Of a DNA stretch of 64,000 nt, positions 41,655-56,880 are shown one piece after another. The DNA lies in NCBI RefSeq assembly GCF_009914755.1, contig NC_060927.1; one strand, 5' to 3'. The DNA comes from the human T2T-CHM13v2.0 reference genome, Homo sapiens. A program made the position numbers and the translations under genes. The number at the start of each line of letters is the position of its first letter. The stretch's first letter is position 1. Under the pieces are notes generated by a model. The model was not told where the DNA came from. It saw nothing but the letters and a program-made list of their open reading frames with translations, and searched no databases.

Positions 41655-41820
41655 ACTCAATCTCTCGCTCCCTCTTTCTCTCTCCCTCTTTCTCTCTCTC
41701 CCTCTTTCTCTCTCTCTCTCTCAATCTCTCTCCCTCAATCTCTCTCTCCCTCAATCTCTCCCTCTCTCTCCCTCAACCTCTCCCTCTCTCTCTCTCAGTT
41801 CTATCCCCCCCTCTCTCTCA
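41655..41820. repeat. CT-rich polypyrimidine low-complexity tract
   Basis: Imperfect (CT)n punctuated by CAATC units. Confidence 0.9.
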
Positions 41821-42811
41821 CCAGCTCCAAGAGTGCACCTCCTCCTGCCTTTGGTGTTGATAATGTCAAAAGTATCAAAGGGCAAAATCTGCCAAATAAG
41901 GGTAAATCAGAAAAACAGCAGCTGGTTCAGAAAGAGAACTGTGGCACTTTACGGAGCAGACCACTTACAGCAGCACCCACACAAGACAAAGCTCAGTAAG
42001 TCAGCCATACTCATTATTAAACCATCTAAGCCAGGGAGAAAACGAAGATGATGGTCTGAAATTCATTCATAGGATTTCAATACAAAGCTGGTTTTACCTA
42101 ACTTTACAACAGCCAGTTTCCACTGAACCATGTCACAGCTCCACAAGAAAAGCCAAATGGCTCATTATGTGAAAAGTTCCAATGACTGTTTTTTAATGTT
42201 TAGCAGCAGTTGCTTGGCTCGGCCACTGCAACAAATATTGCTGAACTGTTTAACTTACAAGAGACATTTAAAAGCAAAAAAGCCCAAATTCTAAATATGC
42301 AATTCATAAAATAGCATATTTTCTTTAATTCATTTTCTCAAAGTTTACAATATCTGTACTAATTCTCTGTAACTAGATATGTTCTGGATACATTCTCAGA
42401 GAATCTGTGCAGAATAAAAATTTGAAACATCTTAAAACTAACTAAAAACATCTTTCTAGTATGCTGCAAGGCAAATGCTTTTTAGATGTTTTGCATTTTT
42501 ATGCTAAACAGTGCAGCTGCGACTGATAAAAAGCAATCAAGCTAATTTAAGTCAATCAACTCCAGGAGGTTCTCATCACTTGGATAAAAATGCTCTCTCA
42601 CTCCTTAGAAAATAAATAAAGATTTAACAGAGTGACTGCATTTTCTTGACTCTGCTTTCTTGCCATTCCAAAGGCAGCATATAACCAAGAAGTCATGTCA
42701 AGCAATTTTTGTCACAAGTTTAAAGCATAATGCAAACTTTTAAGTCATATTTAATTAAGTAATCCTGGGCCATAGCACATCAACAGAGAATAACAAACCT
42801 TGAGTGAGAAA

Positions 42812-42820
42812 AGACAGACA

Positions 42821-42853
<33 letters not shown>

Positions 42854-42877
42854 TGGCACACACACATAGGCACACAC
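42812..42877. repeat. (GACA)n(CA)n compound microsatellite
   Basis: Seen directly. Confidence 0.9.
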
Positions 42878-44296
42878 TTATGAAAGGTACAAAATTTTCA
42901 TTAGAGAGACCATCAATTCCTCTTCAGTCTTTAAGGAGAGTATCACATTAAAACAATTTAGTTCTGGCTGGTTGTCATTATTAAAAGGTGATCCTGGAAT
43001 TTGAAAAATCACTATTTTAAAATTCGTAAGTTCAGGGGTAAACTGTAAAGCAGAGTTCATGCACTTCACTAAGTTCATACATATATTAGGAGAAAACCAG
43101 GAGGGATGGTTACAAAGTATTTTACTAAAAATAAAGATAAAGATAATATATGTTGAAGATTTAGTGCCGAAGAGAGGAGGAGCCAGTCTAAATTTCCCAT
43201 TTCCACCGGGAGGTCAACACCACACTCCTCTGATGCCTGCAAATATGACTTACATAAGTTCAAGCAGTAGCCGATAAAGGCCCATCATCAGACATATTAG
43301 CTACCTAGGCAGAAAAGATCCATCAAAGCCATTTGGTCTTTCAATAAGTGATCCCCAACAGGCAATATAAAAAAAATCAGAAAAAGCTTATCTCCCTCTC
43401 ACAGTGTAAAACCCTGGCCAAGTTACTGAGAAATTATACATATATCTTTCTCAATCTAATAGGTGGGGTGTTAATATCCATTCTGAAAATTAACTATCTG
43501 ACAGGGCCGAGCATAGCAGTGCTAATTTATAAGAGATATCAGATTCTATATCAGAGCCATGTATGAACACAATTTTTCTTTATTAATTTACTGAATATAG
43601 AAAGATGGGATACATTAAGGAAAAGATGACAACAAATGAAAGAAAGAGCTGGAACATATTACTCTCTAAAGCTTCTATGAAATTAGTCATGTGAATAGTA
43701 CTGAAAAGATGAATCAAGTTTTTTAATGGAGTTTCAGAGCAGAAAACACTAAGGAGCATCAGTCCCTGCTGACCATAAAGATACCTCACGCTTGCTGTTG
43801 AGCAAGAATGTAGGAAAATACCTTCATATAGCAGCCCTCTATGATTTAATGCCCACATATGGAAATTCCACACACTTTGCAGTGGGTATATGTGTGTGTG
43901 TGTTCTCTAGGAATGTAGAATGTTACATTAAAAGAAGAAAACTCTTTCTATACTCACAATACTTCTGACACCAAATGTATGGGGTTTTCACATGAAGCAA
44001 GTCTCCAATTCTTTGCAGATACAAACTGGGTATCCTAAAATTAAACTCAATTCCGACACTATCTACTCAGAATTAGCACAGACCTCACAGGTTAAGGACT
44101 CAGTCACACAAGACTGCCCCCCACCCTCCCACTTCAGATGCCAATTGCATGTAGTGGGTCCCCAGGTTACCTACACTTCCATCTGACTTAATTATAAATC
44201 AGGGGTTCCCGTAATCCCCTCCTAAGTTTTGGAAATTTGCTAGAATCGCTCACATAGCTCAGGGAAACATATCACTTGTGAATATAGGCTTATTAC

Positions 44297-44974
44297 TGTC
44301 AACTGAAGAATCATAAGGTTCATATATTTAGAGAGGAGAGCTTTATTTCTTGTAGAGAGTTGCAGCCTGCAGCCTGGCCATCCTGCTGGCTAAGAGGTGT
44401 ATCCTCTGGCAGAAACTAAAAGCAAGCACTTCAAGGGAGGACAGGGCAAAACAGGAGTTCATGCCAAATGGGTTGGCTAAGTATACATATTTAACAGGTT
44501 GCAAAAAGAGCTATGAATATTCATGAAGGAGGCTTGCATGCACAGTAAGCAAACATGCACGTTACATACATCCCATGTTCACTTTGGAGTGGAGACTTAA
44601 CATTTAAATGTATTAAAATTAAGCTCTATATGTTAAAAGGTGAAACGGAGGACACAGGCATCCTGTATGAGTAGCCTCTATAAACCAGCCAGAGGAAGTC
44701 CATGGTCAGTGGTCTTCTAAGAAAAAAGGAATGCTAGTCAGTTATTGTGTAAATCAGTGGTGGAGCAAATTTTTCCAAAGGGCTGGTTTCCATTCAACCC
44801 TTACGAAAGAAAGTCTAAAGGCAGTTATCTAGGGAGTGGGTATAACAGGCATGTCTGACCTCCCATCATGTCATGGCCAGGAACTCAGTTTTTAAGGTTT
44901 CTCTGGGGTTCCTTTAGCCAAGAGGGGGTTCCATTCAGTGAGTAGGGGGATTAGGATTTTATTTTTCTTTCCCA
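44297..44974 (-). mobile_element. MER4-group ERV1 solo LTR (MER50-like) nested in MER21
   Basis: TG...CA termini, GGCCAGGAACTCAGTTTTTAAGGTTTCTCTGGGG; 4-bp TSD TTAC/TTAT. Confidence 0.7.
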
Positions 44975-45066
44975 TTATAAAGGATACAACCCAGGAACAA
45001 ACAAATGGAAGAGATGCATAGGGCAACACAAGACACCCTCCCACCACTTCAGCATGTTCACCAGCC

Positions 45067-45643
45067 TGAAACTGCCCTTGCAAAGATTAGAACAGTGAGA
45101 AAATTGTAACAGTGAAAGAGATCGGACCTAACCAACTCCATCTTGCCTTTAACCTCCAAGCTGCCTTTTTCATTCCCGGGTGTAGAGTAAACTAACTTTG
45201 AGAAGAATTGAGTTGATAGTTTAATTTTGAAACAAAAATGGTAGCCCCTCCCTGAAACAAAGCCTTCCTTGCTTGGGGACCAGATTGTCTTTGTAAAGCC
45301 AACAAATTAGCCACAAGATTAGAAATCATGGCTCAGGAATCATGCAGCCAGAGACCTCAAGATTCCTAACCTCCCCAATTCCTTGTATGGATAACAACAC
45401 TATGTCAAACCTAAGATTGGTGTTTAAGGTATTTTTCAGACCCTGAATTCTGATGGATCAGCTGGTGCCACTAAGACCAGTAAATTGGCTCATCTGGTCT
45501 TGTGGGCCCCAAGAAGGAATTGACTTCCAGTCTCCCCTTTGGCCAGCTCCACATGCATTAAACTCTCTCTATTGCAATTCCCCTGTCTTGATGAATTGGC
45601 TCTATATGGGCAGTAGGCAAGATAAACCCATTGGGCAGTTACA
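45067..45643 (+). mobile_element. LTR8-family ERV1 solo LTR nested in MER21
   Basis: Starts TGAAACTGCCCTTGCAAAG, contains CCAACTCCATCTTGC, ends GGGCAGTTACA; 4-bp TSD AGCC/AACC. Confidence 0.82.
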
Positions 45644-46047
45644 AACCCAGAAGCTCTCTGAACCCCAATGTTTAGGGTTTTGATAGCAGTTCCATTACAT
45701 AGGCATGCCTGATTCAATCACTGGCCATTCTCCAGCCCCTATCCCCTCCTCGAAGGTGAGACTTGGGGAGGGCTAACCATAGGGTTGGTTCCTCTAGGAA
45801 CCAGCCCCCATTCTTCAAGAGTCACGTCATTAACATAAACTCAGGTGTAGTTGAAAAGGGCTTATCACAGGTAACAAAGGAAGCTACCCTTACCCTAGGG
45901 CTCAGAAATGCCAAAGGTTTTAAGAACTCTGTACCAAGGACCAGGATGAAAACCAAATATAAATTTATTATTATATCACAAACATATATATCACAGGTTC
46001 TTTTAATTCCCAAAGAAACAATTTTCTTGCATTATCAAGGACCTGAG

Positions 46048-46606
46048 TGTATGAATCATGCCTTTTTTTCAGTGTTTCTAATGCTCTGACATTTGGAGCC
46101 TTGCTGACCCTCCAAACAACTAAGGACTGGGAGAGACTGCCCCTCCCAGAGCTAGCCAATTCCTAGAGATTACAAGGGACTCACCTTTTAGCATGCCTTT
46201 CATATGCAAGCCAACCATCCAGAACCCTCACCCTACCACCTCCTGCATTAGGAGCACACACTGAAGGCCACCCTCCCCCTGCTGTAATCCCTCCAGGGCC
46301 AGGTACCCAACAACTAAGGACAGCCCTTAGGCCCCATGCAGAGCCCATTGAGATTATTCAAACGAGCTAATTCTAAACCCTGCCCCATCTCTTCTTTCCC
46401 TGGGAAACTGCTATAAAGGCTCTTGCCATGTTTCTCCTCCCTCTCTCTGCCTCCTGACCGACCCTAGTGCTTTCCTGTATGGTCCCATGTGGCAGGGTGT
46501 GCCCCTTCCTCTTGGAAGTGGTAATGAACTATCTTGCCAGTGGCAGTTGTCTCCTGATCTGTTGACCTCACCATATCTGAATAAAAAGAAAATCTTTTTT
46601 AAGACA
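46048..46606 (+). mobile_element. MER74-family ERVL LTR
   Basis: GGAGCCTTGCTGACCC...GACTGCCCCTCCCAGAGCTAGCCAATTCCTAGAGA...CTTTCATATGCAA. Confidence 0.75.
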
Positions 46607-46999
46607 ATAAGAAATCCATATTTTACTCTACTTTACCCTAGCCTAAACAAGTATAGCCCAGAAGCTTGGCTTTAGAAATATTTATGACCAAGGGTTTGTT
46701 GGCTGCCATGAAATTGTAAGTTATAAGGGCAGATGTACCTCTGGCATTGAACCTGGAAGGGTCAAACTTGTCCCCCAGGTAATGCAGAGTCAAGGCATTT
46801 TCTTGAGAACAGAATAGCAAGCCTTTACATCTTCCTGCAGGAGGAAATGGCAGGCATCTACAGAAGGAACAGGTGTATGTGCATTGGGACACTACCACAT
46901 ACTTGCAGTCACATGTTCCAGAAATATTTTATTCAATATTCATAAAGTCAGGCTCTTCACATCTTCCCACCTGTCCTCCCCTTTCCAGACACACAACAT

Positions 47000-49320
<2,321 letters not shown>

Positions 49321-49337
49321 ACAGTAATATTCTTAAG

Positions 49338-49560
49338 CAAGGCTTGGCAAATTGTTTTTGGTAAAGGGCCAGGTAGTAAATATTTTTGACCTTGCAGGAT
49401 ATCCAGTCTCTTTTGCAACGAATTAACTCTGCCATTGTAATGCAAAAGAATCTATAGACAATATGTTATGAATGGGCATGGATATGTTCCAATAAAACTT
49501 TATTTACAAAAGCAAGCAGCAACAGGATATGTCCTGCAGGCCATAGTTTGTTGACCTCTG
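49338..49560 (+). mobile_element. MER58A (hAT-Charlie)
   Basis: GTAAAGGGCCAGGTAGTAAATATTT...GTTCCAATAAAACTTTATTTACAAAA...GGCCATAGTTTG. Confidence 0.85.
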
Positions 49561-49819
49561 CTTTAAACCATTGAGATTTTGAGGTTGTTACCACAGCTTA
49601 ACACAGACCACACTATCTGACATAATTACTACCACACTTGACAAAGGAAATCTTGTTAAAGTGTTGCAGAGAAGCAACAGCACTTTTGCATTTCTCTATG
49701 AGAATATTTGTTAAAATGGGATCATGTGAAATTGACTTGGGTTCAGATTATTATTTAATCTGGCTAAGTCATATCTGTGTGATTTCTATCCACCAGGAAA
49801 AAAGTATTAACTGAACCTC

Positions 49820-50135
49820 TGGCTGGAAATGCTGTGCCATCCCCTTCTTCCCTGGTTTACTCCAACTCATCTTTCAGATCACAGATTAAGCATCTTTTCC
49901 CAGTAAGCCCAGCCTAGAACCACCTTTTACTCTTGCATAGTGCTTAGCTTCCTTTTCTCATTATAATTGTTTTACTGAAATTACTTGATTAATATCTTTC
50001 TCTTCCAGAGATGGAAAACTCCAGGAACACTGGAGCCATCTCTGGTTTATTCACTGTGGCATCCCCAATGTCTAACCCAGTGTTTGATAGACATAGTTGG
50101 AACTCAATAAATATTTGTTGTACCATAAAGCAATT
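49820..50135 (+). mobile_element. L2 3' end
   Basis: TTATTCACTGTGGCATCCCCA...ACTCAATAAATATTTGTTG. Confidence 0.7.
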
Positions 50136-50499
50136 AAGATGAATCATTAGTAGTCACCTTTCACTGGTAGTTCACAGCGCTGCAATGACCCATCCAAGGT
50201 AATGAAATGATATGACAGAGCTATAATTCAACCCAGGTTTGTCTTGATATCCAAGCCTTGCTCTTAAATAGAATACCCCACTGCCTCCCAGGGATCTGGA
50301 GATAACAATTGTGGGAAATAAAAGTACCAAAGAAAAGACCATCTTAGCAAAAAGGTAGAGAAGTATGGAGGGAGTTGAGTAATTGCCTTCAAAATGAGAA
50401 TGCTCAAAAGTTTTCTTTGGTTTACTAAGATGTTTCAAGTGATGACTAACAGATGTCTTTTGTTTGGCCTGCACACTATTGCAAAATAATTTCTTAAAT

Positions 50500-50720
50500 T
50501 AGTTGCCAGCATTGAAAAAAAAGAGAGAGAGAGAGATTCTACCCAAAAGTCTGGATTTCCTGCTTCTCTTAGAGTCAGAAGATCTGGCAACACTGGGCCT
50601 CTGGTTCCTAAGGGGAAGCATCAGCTTTCGATTGGGCGCCGGCTCTCCAGTTATGACAGTTCCCGCTCAGCCAGTTTATCTGATTTATGAAACCCACTTG
50701 GACCCTATCACATTGATATA
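50500..50720. mobile_element. hAT-Tip100-like DNA transposon remnant
   Basis: GTTGCCAGCATT...TGGATTTCCTGCTTCTCTT...AAGATCTGGCAACACTGGGCC. Confidence 0.45.
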
Positions 50721-52459
50721 AAAACCCATGGATTTTATGGAGATTCAGTGGAGGCAATTTTAAGGGAAGAGGACTATGAGCTAAGTAGAATGGCAAGAGA
50801 GAGTGATTAGCTTCCTTTTGAAAAGATATCCAAAGAAAAGAAGAAAGGAATGGAGAGAGGGAAGAGAGAGATTGTAGTGTTGAGATTAGAAGCCAAAATG
50901 AAACTATTGAGGAGGTGGGAGGTTTTCACCTCAGCTGTAATTTTTTTAAGTGTCTAAATAAACAGGGGAAGTAAGAAAAGGTCAAAACTCTATAAAGCAG
51001 CTCCTGACACATGTAGTGCTGATGGAGGGAATGTCCACAGAATGATTCTTGTTAGAATGATCTGATATAGTATCCTGTGATGCAGAGGGTTCAAATATCT
51101 GAAAAGAGTTACCATGTGCAAAAATCTTAGTAACTATTTCATTCAGACCTTCCACACCTGGGAGCTTTGATTAAGAGCAGGGATCAGCAAACTACATTCT
51201 ATAGAGAGGTCCACCATTTTGTTTGCCAGGCCATCTGATAACTGAACTTCAGGTCCATTTTAGAGTTAATGTTGGCTGGCCAGTAAATTTAATAATCAGA
51301 ATATGTTATATACTATAAGGAAGGAAGATTGCTTCAGTTCCTGGAGGTAAAAGTACTGATAAGTCTGAAAAGGAAAACAAAAATGACCCCAGAATCATGC
51401 AGCTGGAAGAGCAGTGAAGTCAGGACAGCCCTAATTTGAAATCCTGCATGATTACTGTTTAGACCTGTGGCTTTGGAATATTTACTTTACCTCTAGGCCT
51501 CTGTTTTCTCACCTGTAGAATGGGGATAGTTCTATCTATTTTGCAAGATTGATATAAAAATTTACTAAGACAAAACTTAGTAAATGTATATCTGTATGTC
51601 TGTATGTATGTTTGTATGTCTGTAGCACATACAAGTCACTCTTTCTCGGTTCATCGATCTTTCTGAAATAGGTGTAGAAAGGTTAACTATTTGCATTAAC
51701 TCGTATTGTCTTTACTTTTGAAAGTATTAGCAAAATGTATAATTGTAATACAATAAAAACAATTAGAACACTCCTGGATTTTCAGCAAGTACAATGTCTT
51801 TCTCTAAAACAAAGATGTATTATTTCAAAAGTATACATGGCTTACTTGAACCTATATACAGAAAGCATATCTATTATGAGTATCCTTATGACTTAAGTTA
51901 TTTAAGTTTTTTATATTAATTTTCAAAAATACAAATGCTCCAACTCTCAAAGATTAAAAGTCCAGGCATTCTGTGCAGTTAAATATTTTTTCTTCTTAAG
52001 CAAGAGTTTTTACATCTTAAGGCTGAACTTTGAAGATACTGTTTATCTTTTGCATGTTTAATTAAAACTCTTAAATTTAATTCAGAAAGTCTCATTAAAC
52101 CTATGCCTTTAGAAGGTTATTTTAGCAAAGCTTATATGTGTATATATATTTTAAACTAGGTGTTAATATAAACATGGGCGTTTTCTTCAAGTTTTTTCTC
52201 AAGGAAACTACAATGTTTGAGGCTTACCGTGCCCAGGAGTTTCAATTCCTCCCTGCAGCAACAGAAAACAAAGCAAATTGCTGCCACATGTGCTTGACTT
52301 CAATCCACACCAACTCTATGGATCCCACCTACAGCTCAGCCCCACTCCAGGGCAGAGACACACTACTGCACAACTGGCAACTGACAAAGGACTTCACCAA
52401 GACTATTTTGGCTTTGCCAAAATGGATGAAAGGTCACATAGTAACATAGTCTGGTTCTT

Positions 52460-52900
52460 AAAAATAAGTTTGTAATGGCAGAAACATTGGAAACAACCTG
52501 TTTATCTATAGGGGAATGATGAACTAAAGCACGGTATGTGGAGTAATGAGTAGCCATTGACAGGGAGGCAGGTCAGTATGCACAGATGTAGAAGGACCTC
52601 TCAGGCACAACAAGTGCAAAAGGCAAATTATTGTATTTCGTATCCCATATGATTTCATTATGTTGGGAAGATCCCAACAATATACATATAAATCCCCACA
52701 CTTACATACAGCATTTAAATAATCTGAAGAATACACTCCCCAATGATAATGGTGGTGGCCCCTGGAGAAGGGGTGCAACTTCAGTGTGTTTGGAAAGATG
52801 CAAGAGGGATTTATTCTCGGTTTAAAATTTTTTGTTTTACCTTAAAAAAATTTTTTTTGACAATGCAAATGTAGTTTTGCATTACTTTATGATTTAAAAA
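52460..52900 (+). mobile_element. L1ME-type 3' end
   Basis: TTTGTAATGGCAGAAACATTGGAAACAACC...ATAGGGGAATG. Confidence 0.6.
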
Positions 52901-53533
52901 TAAATCAAAGCCATCCGCAATTCCAAAGAAGTGTTCTCCACTATAAAGAAAGAAGTCTGGTTGTCTTATTTTGGCCCATTCAGGTTGTGGTGAGTAGAGA
53001 CATATTCAGATTTCACCAGGTAAAGAGGGCTTATGAGGGATCACAGGTACCCAGAAAACTGTAGGCAATAGGATGGCCAGGTCTTGGGGAGAATGATGAC
53101 TCCCTTTCTAATTTACCAGAGCAACGGGTAGCTCAGGAAAAATGCCCGAATGCCCGTAAGTCTTATAATGCAATCTCCTTTTGCCACTGCTTCTGCTGCT
53201 TTAGCAACACCCTCCTGTCTCTCCACTTCATGACTGTTGCTTGCTCCTGGATTCTGCTGTCTCGTCGCTTCTGCTAAGTCCCTTCTCTTCACACCTCTCT
53301 TAATTTCTCTGCTACTTTATGGGCTTTAAGTCTTCATACCGCAAGTTCAACCACCCCAAGAAAACACAAAGCATAGTTGATGAACTTATCTACCATTCAA
53401 TACACATCTCTTATCTCATTTAATCCTTGAAACAGCTGTTGCCCATTCAGTTATTCCACAACCCAGTAATTTGTCCTCGATTCCTCTCTTCCCAACCTCC
53501 TCCATATCCAATTTCTTCCCACATCCTGACATC

Positions 53534-53915
53534 TGCTATAGTCTGAATGCTTATGCCACCCACCCCCAAAATTCATATGTTGAAATATTAACCTCCAAGG
53601 TGATGGTATTAGGAAGTGGGGCCTTTTAGAGGTAATTAGGTCATGAGAGTGGAGCCCTCATGACTGGGATTCATACTCTTGCAAAAGAGACCCTACAGAG
53701 CTAGCTAGCCTTTCTTTCATGTGAGGACACAGCAAGAAGGTGCCATCTGTGAACCAGAAAACTGGCACTCCCCAGACATGGAGCCTGCTAGGACCTTGAT
53801 CTTGGACTTCCCAGCCTCCAAAACTGTGAGGAAAAAAAAAAATTCTTGCTTCTAAGCCAGAAATTACCAGTTTATGGTAATTTTTTTATAACAGCCTAAA
53901 GGGACTGTGTAGACA
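53534..53915 (+). mobile_element. MLT1A0-like solo LTR inserted in L2 (L2 spans ~53440-54150)
   Basis: TGCTATAGTCTGAATG...CCCCCAAAATTCATATGTTGAAAT...CTTGATCTTGGACTTCCCAGCCTCC...AGACA. Confidence 0.85.
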
Positions 53916-56880
53916 CTATCCTTCCGAAACATATAACAAAATCATTCTCTTGTCTCCATTTCTACAACCATCACTGGCTACAGACCACTGTCACTCCTCA
54001 CCAGGATGTCTGCAATGGCCTCGCAGCCTCTACTCTGGCTCCACAGAGGCCATTCCTCACACAGCAGTCAGAGTGGTTGGTCTTTTAAGAATGCAAATCA
54101 GACCATCCACCCCTTTGCTTAAATACCTCCTGTGGCTCCCCATTGTACTGTGTCTCCTCTGTAATGCCGGTCTTGACTTCCTCCCCAACAGGCACATTAA
54201 TCACCAGGGTTTTTGTAGTTCTTTGTTTCTGCCTTTATTATTGAATTTACTCTCTAGTGTTATTTTTGGTTCTGGGTCTATACATAAGGACGCCCTAAGG
54301 ACAAGGGTATGTCGCCTAACTTACCCAGGGCTTTCTCAGCCAATTTGTATTACAGATAATTGTTAAAGTCCATTCTAACTATGGCCACTTTGCACATATG
54401 AAAGTTTTATAAAATAAGAAAGCCTATCAGAATCAGGAAGTACCAAACTCCTAGGATTGATTTAAGGATTATTTGACATTACAGATGGATTTGGCACCTG
54501 TAAGTGTTTAATAAATGTGATATGCTGCTATTATTTTATTCTTAATGATATATAAGACTTCCTGTTGGCAAAATGTGTTAAATTGCATTAATGCCATTAG
54601 TGACTTCATTCTACTGATTTTTCCAATTACAAGCACCTAAGGGAAAAATACTTTAATTATGTCAGTCATCTGTATAAGGCATCAGTTTGCCAGTAAAAAT
54701 AAGAACATAAGAAATATTCCTGACTTGAATTACAAATTTCAGCTTACAGAAGTATAACACCCAGGATAAGGGTGTACGTAACAATTTATCTCTAAAGGAC
54801 TGGCACGAAGCACCATGAAGATGAAGACAAATGCAAAGCTCTATTCACTTTTTCATAGTGGTCAATCAATGCAACATCTTCCTGGGTTCTGAAAAATTCC
54901 CAAACCTTGTAAAGATTCTTTGATCTAAACCCACACTTACAGTAGCTGAAAGGAGGGAATTGAGCAAAACCATACACCACAGAAGGAGGAAGAAATATAA
55001 GACAAGAAGGCTCCATTCTCAAGAAACTGAGAGTCAATTTAGAGAACAATTCTGGAAACTCAATGTTGAGTACTGTGCTAAGGCACAGCAGACAAAATGA
55101 TTCAGGAGACATCATCTAGAGATGACGAGCACCAACAGGTGTCTGCCAGGACATAAAAATATGTGGAGAAATGGAGATGAGAAATATGGCCAAAAACAAA
55201 GAAAAAAGTGGGAAATGAGCTCATCAGGAACTCAGCTATATAAATTCTATAACTGAACAAAAGAAATGTTTTCAAATCACTGTCTTATTCTCTGAAATCT
55301 TACATAAATTAGTGAGCATCCTTATCTTTTTTTGCTAATCTACAGTACATTAAGATATCTTGATAATGATCTTACTCTATTGTATTTCATCCAACATGTG
55401 GTTTTACTTTGAAATTCACTTTCTAGAGAAAATGAGCTTCCTTCTTCTAGACTGGGATTTAGATAAACTCAATTTACAAAACATACGTTTTAACAAGTCC
55501 ATATTGAATCTGCTTCAGCCTGGAGAAAGAATAAAAGAAAATAAAATTAACAAGGTCTTATTCCCTGTATTTTATCTTTCATAAATCTTCTCTCTTTCTA
55601 AAATATGTAGGATAAATATTTAGGATTCCTTGAATCAGGCTTATGTTTTACTCATCAGAAACACCTAGACTGTAAGATTCACGGAAGACTCCAAGCAGGC
55701 AAAATAAAGTTTTCTAAACTTTATTTAGAAATCTGAACTGAGAGTAAAATAGAAATTAGGTTCCCCAGTGACTGATACCAATGTGGGTAAAAGAGATGAT
55801 GTCAAGCAAAAATCGTGTGGCCATCATCTGTGCCTAGCAGCCCAAGGCACTTCCAGGGAAGTTATCATGAACTGACCCTGACTAAATGGAGTGAGTCATC
55901 AGCAGGTCCCTGACATCTGCCAGCTGCAAAGTCTTACAGCGACTGGCTAGATTGAAAAAAGATTTCCGAAAGTTTCAACATAAAAAGCCCAACTGATTCC
56001 ACTTCCCTATCAGATTTCCCTGGGCTTGCTTCTAGGTCTTTTACATCCAAATTACCCTCTCATAAAAACAAAGACTTAGAAAAACTGCAAAAAGTTAAAA
56101 TGACTCTTTCCTTCTGAAAGTATACTTTAGCTGAGTCGATAAAAGGTCTGAAATCATCTTTATGGTTGCCATCATGTTTGGAATAATTTAGCAGCAACAA
56201 CATCTGTATAAATGAGGACATGAAGTCCCAAGGTAGGTGGGAGACTTCCTGTGGCTTATCCATGTCAATGGGAATAAAATTCAAAGAGCCCATGCAGGCA
56301 ACTAATTTACTTTTATTTCATTTTTAATGTTTTATTATATAAATATCAAACATCGACAAAAGTTGAGAAAATAATGTAATGAACTCCATGTACCCAATTC
56401 TCAACTTCAACAAGTATCCACTTAGGGCTACTCCTGTTTCATCTGACTGCACTCTCCCTCCCCATCCCCCTGATTATTTTAAATAAAATCCCAGATATTA
56501 CATCATTTCATCTATAAATATTTTAGTATAATCTTTAAAGATAAGGATTCCTTATTTTTAAAAATTCCATCTTCAAACTTTAGAAAAATTTGCCAAGTTT
56601 CATTTTTTAAAATGGCAACAAAAATTTTAAAACAGAGTCATTTGTCCTACTAGAATTTCCCATGATGGGGAGCTTGTTCACTATATGCAAATCAATAGAG
56701 GTGATACATCATGTTAACAGAATGAAGAACATAAACCATGTGATCATTTAAATAGATGCACAAAAAGCATTTGAAGAAGTTTAACATCCCTTCATGATAA
56801 AAACTCTCAACAAATTAGGCATAGAAGGAATGGACTCCAACTAGTTTGATGACATGATCTTACATATGGAAACCCTAAAC

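Larger units (their letters stand above)
43921..45995 (-). mobile_element. MER21-family LTR split into three pieces by two nested LTRs
   Basis: ACTTCTGACACC, CTCAGTCACACAAGACTGCCCCC, GAAGAGATGCATAGGGCAA and AAGAACTCTGTACCAAGGACC...ATATCACA appear colinearly across the insertions. Confidence 0.8.
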
